DNA of 64,000 bases from Octopus vulgaris (Eukaryota), in NCBI GenBank assembly GCA_951406725.2, contig OX597814.1, forward strand, positions 12,958,001 to 13,022,000. Direction: 5' to 3'. The notes beneath the pieces are model-generated. The model was not told where the DNA came from, did no database searches, and worked only from the letters and a program-made list of their open reading frames with translations. The position numbers were made by a program, and so were the translations under genes. Shown here piece by piece: positions 56,713 to 64,000 of this stretch (position 1 is the first letter of the stretch; every line of letters starts with the position of its first letter).

Positions 56713-56949
56713 ATCAGCTTGACATCGTTTGACAAGGTTTTATCCATCTGGCTGGCTTCCGTTAGTTTCCATCTATCCATTTTCAGACCCCAGAACAGAC
56801 CCCGAGTGTAGAAAGTAGCAATTGTCCAAGTTGCTCATGCAGCAAGATCAAACACAGGAACTTGTAGTAGCAAAGGAGCGGCTTCTGTTATTTGCCCATT
56901 TTGCACCAAGACCAGCACCCACTAACATACCAAACATACCAAAACGTTA

Positions 56950-57205
56950 TGAGCTGATTTGTTAGACGGAACCTGAAAGAAGCCCGTCGTATAGGTATAT
57001 AACTATGTGTGTCGGTGTGTCTGTGTTTGTCTCCCACCACCTCTTGCCAACTGATATTGGTGTCTTTCCCTCCCGTAACATAGCGTTTAAGCAAAATAGA
57101 CTGATCGCATATGTAGCAAGGTTCAAAAATCAAGTACTTTGGTCCATTCATTCATTCCACTAAAAACAACTACAAAGCGATGCCCCAGCATCGCCGCACT
57201 GTGAC
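56950..57205 (+). mobile_element. Degenerate SINE family A body
   Basis: TAGACGGAACCTGAAAGAAGCCCGTCGTAT ... GCCCCAGCATCGCCGCA. Confidence 0.75.
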
Positions 57206-57268
57206 GATTCTCTCTCTATCTCTCAATATACATACATGTATGTATATATATATACATATACACACACA

Positions 57269-57329
<61 letters not shown>

Positions 57330-57414
57330 TATATATACATATAAATATAAATATTAATATACATATATATATATACACATATAAATATATATATACATAT
57401 AAATATAAATATTA

Positions 57415-57456
<42 letters not shown>

Positions 57457-57459
<3 letters not shown>

Positions 57460-57848
57460 ATATAAATAAAAGAGGCAGACAACAGATTGCTTAGCCACAT
57501 AACGAAAATATTAGAAATAGCAGTCAAAGACTGTTTATTTCTATTTCCTACAATGAGAAGTGGAGGTACGTAGCATTTGATAAATCTATTTTAGTGGGGG
57601 TTTACGGTGAGGAAAGACATGGAATTTATATTTTATTATATTCCTAATCTAGAAACGCGTTCGTAATTAACCGTTAGACTTTGTTTTCGTTATTTCTTCC
57701 TTCTGTTTTGCATATGTGAATTACAGGAATATGTCATATGTGGAGTCTCATTTGTAGAAAATAGAAATAAACAGTCTTTGACTGCTATTTCTAATTTTTT
57801 CGGTATGTGGCTGAGCAACATGTTGCCTACCTCTTTTATTTATATACA
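57457..57848 (+). mobile_element. Fold-back element (~100 bp arms) enclosing a minimal hammerhead motif
   Basis: 57457-57557 is inverted relative to 57747-57848; flanked by (TA)n. Confidence 0.8.
57602..57666 (+). ncRNA. Minimal type I hammerhead motif (C3 mutated)
   Basis: TTACG-GTGAGGA-stem II-GAAAC-GC-GTT-CGTAA; perfect 5-bp stem I; palindromic AACGCGTT. Confidence 0.65.
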
Positions 57849-57886
57849 AAATATATATTGAACTTTTATATATATATATATATATA

Positions 57887-58765
57887 CAGGGTAGGGTGGG
57901 TAAATTGTTGCCGTTTTATATTTTTTTTTATTTCGCGCATGTGAAATATTTGTTTGCATTTTGACGACGATACTAAAGTCAGTAAGTTCAGTTGGGCACA
58001 GTCTTTGAGAAAAAGAGTACCATGACACACAGTTCACTTTGCCAGAGATTTGGAAGCAATATACTATACTGCTTGGCATTCGCGCCAGAAGATCCAATGC
58101 AAACAGTTCAGAGTGTTTAGGTGTCCATATGATGATAGTGTAATGTGATAATATATACCGAGAGAGATAAAAATCAAATATCCAGTCAACATCATGGAGT
58201 GATAACTAATGATGGCGACGTTATACCTCCATTCATCCTCCCATACTGCTTGAAATTCAACATGGAAGCCTACATCAAGTTCTTGGAGTGGGGAGTGCTG
58301 CCTTTTGTCAAGACAGAGGCTGCTGGGAGACTCTATGTCTGGCAACAGGACTCTGCATCATGCCCCATAAGCAGGAGAACCCTGTCGGAGCTGTCAGACC
58401 ATTTCTACGATCATATCATCCCTAACATCTAGCCAACTAACTCACCAGACTGCACCCCACTTAATTATTTTGTGTGGGGCGCAGCTGAGCGGGAGACCAA
58501 CAAAACTCCTTGTATTACAAAAAAATGAACTGAAAGCAAGGATTGTGGCATCATACACCAACTTAAACAAGGAGACCGTCGCGAAGAGTTGTAGGAGATT
58601 CCGGAGTCGTCTAGATGCTGTGGGTGAAGCAAATGGCAATTATATTAAATGAATTTACTCTTTATTATTTCAAGATATTATATTACTTTGGTAAATATAT
58701 CTGTTAAAATGTGATGTCATTGTTATTTTCATTTTTACTTAATTTGATAACAGATTATTCACTCT

Positions 58766-58766
<1 letters not shown>
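57887..58766 (+). mobile_element. Internally deleted maT-like (Tc1/mariner) transposon
   Basis: TA-CAGGGT..GGGTAAATTGTTG at the left end and CAGATTATTCACTCTG at the right; YVWQQDSASC and NSPDCTPLNYFVWG. Confidence 0.85.
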
Positions 58767-59336
<570 letters not shown>

Positions 59337-60844
59337 CATATATATATAGACTAGCGGGCCTTTCGGCCTTCGGCCCGGTCTGTGCGCTGTTGAAGTGTAT
59401 TCATAAGGCACATATTGTTATCTATCGTGATGCCCATTTTCCTTACAATAGAAGTTGTTAAAAATGTGTGTATATTCGTCTATTTGTGTTAGTGTGCCCA
59501 TATGTACTTACGAATAAATATGTACATATACGAGTATGTACTTCTATTGTTTCTAATATATTGATATAAAGCAACACTGAATTAAAAAAAAATCAAGACA
59601 TATATTTAGTTTTCCTTTTATTATGTGTGTGATAAATGCAAAAGAAAAAAATCGATGTCTAGTTTATTGCATTTGAACACTTCTACTTTATTGAATTATT
59701 TATGCCCAGTTTGTGACTGGGTCTGTTTGCATTATTTAAATCAATGGAAAAATATGTTGTTATCCAGTACCATTCAAAGCAATAATGAATAAATTGAGAC
59801 AATATATTTGCAACGATTTAATGTTTTCTTCTCATTTACCTGTATCATTTCAAAAATATTATTTATTGAAGAAAATAAAGTTATCTTTTATCTTTGTTTT
59901 TCAGCGAGGATTTCTAACCTGAAGACCAAAGATGAAGCATCCCTGTTGATGAATACAAGCAGTGATAAAAAAGTAAATGCCTGAAACCTTATAAAGTTAA
60001 GTTGATAATTAATAAAGAGAGCTACGTGAATGAGAATGGAATATTGTCTTCCCTAACACTAATGTCAGCTCCAAATATTTTAGATACTTCTGCTCATTTA
60101 TTCATGAAACGTTATAGATGACCTAGTGAAAAACCTTTAAGTAAAATCATGTTTCTTTGTAAATTCTCATATTTTCATTGACAATTTACTGTGTATGAAA
60201 CTAAAATACATACTTTCTATTATCCCTAGGGATGTTCCAGAGGTTAGAATATTTCACTGATGTACATAGGATATTCTTTGTAATGATCAGTATTTATTAA
60301 CTTTTAGCATGAACGTTACTTAAGACGTATGCCAATCTGTATCAATAACATATATCAGTCACCATTCCACTTATTTCATGTACTTTGTTCCACGTCAGTT
60401 CTCTACACATTGATTCTCATATATAAATAATCTGGTAAATATGGAAAAGATGAAGTTTATCACCAATATAATAGTTTTGAACCCTTGATTTTGACAAAGA
60501 AAATTCACTTTACAGAATTAAACTGAAGCTCTAAATGCTACTAGAAAACTCTACTGCGCAAATGAATAAATTATAAGACTGGAAATAACAAGCAAAATTT
60601 CTTTACTGATAGTTTAACTCTGATTCAAATAAACAAGTGTTAGCATACTTTTAAATACTATATTAAGCATATAGGATATTATTAATCGAACGTGCCGAGT
60701 TAAAGTTACTGTTTTGTTAGGAGTGTCAATCAGATTATTTTTGTTTCTCGTATAATAACGAATGAAAATATGACTGTAATATAATATTTTTTAAAGTAAC
60801 CTAGAAACATACATACTAATCTCTATACAATATTTATACATACA

Positions 60845-60983
60845 ATACATATATATGCATATATGTGTATATATATTTATATATTTTTATATGTACATAA
60901 CATATGATGTGATGTTATGTTCGTATGATTATATACATATATACATAAACACATACATTCACATGCACACAAACACATACACA

Positions 60984-61077
<94 letters not shown>

Positions 61078-61100
61078 CATATGTATATATATTTATATTT
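60845..61100. repeat. TA/CA-rich microsatellite tract
   Basis: Direct read. Confidence 0.9.
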
Positions 61101-61534
61101 ATAAAATTCACCTCAATTAGCAATAAACATTTGCATTAGTATACTTTAGACGAAATGTATATTTACACATATCCCAGCGCCGCGCAAATATTCGAAATTT
61201 TTATAGTATATTTTTATATATAATATTTCTATAATATATTTTATAGATATAAATTCGTTCTGACTCAACTGATTTAAAAACACTAAGGGAAAATTGCCAT
61301 TACCATTTAAAGTAGATCAGATTTTACTAATGCATAAATTGTTGGTTCATATTAATGTCTTCTTAGATGGGAGATTGATATTTTAAAGTAATCATATTTT
61401 CTTCCGATCTAAAATTCCAGGCGTTAATTTAATTATATAAACAATCCTGCTGATTCCCGGCCTAAAGTCAATCCGTATTTCTACATTTTTCTGCTTTTCT
61501 GAAAAGTAGTACCCGTGTTCCGAAATTTCGAAAG

Positions 61535-61760
61535 GAGTGACAACCATAGAGGTACCTCCCTGTGTGTATTGCCGGGAAGATCCTTGGAAGTGTTGTCTTA
61601 AACAGACTAAATGATGCCATTGCCAGCTTAGTGGTACCTGAATCTCAATGTGGATTTCGGGCTTATAGAAGGGTAGTGGATATGAATTTTAACCTAAGGC
61701 AGCAGCAGAAGAGTGCACGTGAGAAGAACCCAGAACATGTTTTCCTTTATGTAGATCTGG
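61535..61760 (+). mobile_element. RTE-clade LINE RT fragment
   Basis: DNHRG..CIAGKILGSVVLNRL..VPESQCGFR..VDMNFNLRQQQKSAREKN..YVDL. Confidence 0.85.
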
Positions 61761-62290
61761 GTAATCTACTGTTCTTTGTGATGAAGTTTTTCTTGATTGT
61801 ATTATGTATTTGTCTCCATCTACAGATGTCCGTCTATGCGGTTATTCGATCCTCAATCCTGGTCGCAGTTATATCTGTCACTTCAGAATATAGCCTGTCA
61901 TTGCTTAAATTTTCTAGTGCCCGTCTATCATATATTTCTCAAGAGATCACGCAGATCTCTATTCCTTTATCTGATGTTAAGTATAGTCTTTATAGTTTGA
62001 ACGGTTAGTTTAACTTGCACTTTACTTCAATAGAGAAATCTACTTCTAAGCCTTTGAACATTTTTTCAACCAACGTATCCCTCTTTATTTGTTCTCTACT
62101 TATTATTTCTTTAACCCTTCTCTTTCTAGTATCTGCCTTTGACGTCTTGTTGTTGAGATAGGCTCTCTTTCTTTCCTGATGAGAAGATTGCATTTTATAC
62201 CGTTTATTCCTTTGGAATAAAACCAATGTTGTCTTCGAAACATATGTGGAAAGTAAAAGAATTTTAATAACATCTGCGTTCAACTCCATT
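61761..62290 (-). mobile_element. Penelope-like RT N-terminal fragment (third family)
   Basis: SDKGIEICVIS*EIYDRRALENLSNDRLYSEV resembles the PLE ADKG-V-Y-L-D-Y motif. Confidence 0.6.
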
Positions 62291-62444
62291 TACTTATACT
62301 ACACAAATTACTGCACATTAACCCGGAGTTTCTATCTTTGAATTGGTCGCTTCATTCGTGTTACTTGCGTGAATTTTGCTACCCTGGTAACTGTTTATTG
62401 AATTTTCCAAGTTAACGGTAAACAAAGGATAATTCATTCATCCA

Positions 62445-62516
<72 letters not shown>

Positions 62517-63399
62517 CATACATATACAGAAATGCACGCACATATAGTATTCGTGTAAGAATAAATATACTTTTCCATACCTACCTACATATATATGTGC
62601 ACTCGCAAAAATACACTCACATACCAGCACTTTAACACAATCAGTCTTAAACATACATATATAACATATTGTCGTCTTAATGAAACATTTTGTGATAATT
62701 AATGTTGAAACTGAAGTTTTCCTTTGAATTGTTCAGCAGAGATTGAAATACAGGACTGAAAAATGATTTAACTGTGACAAAACGATAGCTTGCACTTTAC
62801 TTTATATTTCTGTACAGCTGAGGTTATAGAAATGAATAAATAAGTAGATTGATAGATTGAAATTTAATTTTGCAGGTTTGGGGTCTAGACATAATTTGTA
62901 TTGTTGTTCAGGGCATTGTTCATTACAATCTCTATGAAAAAAGACACCTTATCATCTAGACGCCGCATAAATAATCAAGTGTAAAGAAAACGAATTAAGA
63001 ACCATAAGAATTCTAAATTGAATTTTAAGTTGAGGAAAATCCTAAACTATGCTATAAAGAAACTACTTAAGTATCAACGGATAACAACTGAAAAAATCAA
63101 TATGGAAACTCAGGCTATGCGTAATATAATGATAGAAAAAAACAGCCTCGAAATATATCTGCATATATATGTATATATGTGTATAGTAAGTGAAAACATA
63201 TAAAGAAAATACTTCAATCCAGAAAAAAAAATAGTGATTGCTCTGAAAAGAGTGATACCAGCAATTGATTTTTAATGTAAACCATTGACGCTGTCAAAGA
63301 ATCTCGCTTTTGAAATCATTATTCTTTCTAGTGGTTCTATCAGCCATGCTCTTTATTTCTAGACATAGGCACTCTCATGAAGTATTTTCCTCTTTTAAC

Positions 63400-63650
63400 A
63401 TTTCGTTCTTACAGTCATTAGACTGCCATCATAGTGGGCCAGTGCTTTGGAGAATTTTAGTCAACGGTAACGACCCCATTATTTATTTTTAAGCTTGGTA
63501 TTTAGACGATCGGTCTCTTGCCGAAACACTATATTCCGTGGATGTAAACACACCAGCAATAGTTAGAAAGGTTCCATGGTACTCAAATACAGAAGCAAAG
63601 ACATACATATACATATACATACAAACACACACAAACAGACACGCGCACAC
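63400..63650 (-). mobile_element. Degenerate SINE family A 3' part
   Basis: CAGTCATTAGACTGCC..GACCCC..ATCGGTCTCTTGCCGAA..GTAAACACACCAGCA. Confidence 0.7.
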
Positions 63651-63670
63651 ACGCATATATATGAATATAA

Positions 63671-63674
<4 letters not shown>

Positions 63675-63712
<38 letters not shown>

Positions 63713-63715
63713 TTA

Positions 63716-63751
<36 letters not shown>

Positions 63752-63787
63752 TGTATGTATGTATGTATGTATGTATGTATCTATCTA

Positions 63788-63830
<43 letters not shown>
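63675..63830. repeat. (TA)n/(TATG)n microsatellite
   Basis: Direct read. Confidence 0.95.
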
Positions 63831-63833
<3 letters not shown>

Positions 63834-64000
63834 ATAAATCTCTGAACGAGGTATAAACAGTAACTGCACAACAATGTGAGGTATACTTGCCATCTCAATA
63901 TGGCTAACCACTAAGGGTGGGTGTCACTGTAGATTGTAGCCCCAGGAGAACATCGTCTCCATCTGACTTGAGGCACACTTTCTGTGCCCTTATTGTATTT

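Overview
AT-rich, microsatellite-dense animal genomic DNA with no recognisable host protein-coding gene, so it is intergenic or part of a large intron. The SINE families and repeat landscape resemble an octopus genome; this is inferred, not verified. Nearly all interpretable sequence is transposon-derived: decayed Penelope-like elements (PLEs), R4/Dong-type and Tx1/L1 LINE pieces, RTE and CR1 fragments, mariner/Tc1/maT-like DNA transposons and several tRNA-derived SINE families. Three signals stand out. (1) About six type I hammerhead-ribozyme-like motifs, most with a minimal palindromic stem III, sit in short non-coding elements. One follows a tRNA-like Pol III head, giving a hammerhead SINE, and several lie within fold-back elements next to (TA)n. 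(2) A ~40 nt 3' tail is shared by a Tx1 LINE, one SINE subfamily and two ORF1-only elements. (3) Several insertions appear to target microsatellites ((TCTA)n and (AAT)n). All calls are by eye and boundaries are approximate.
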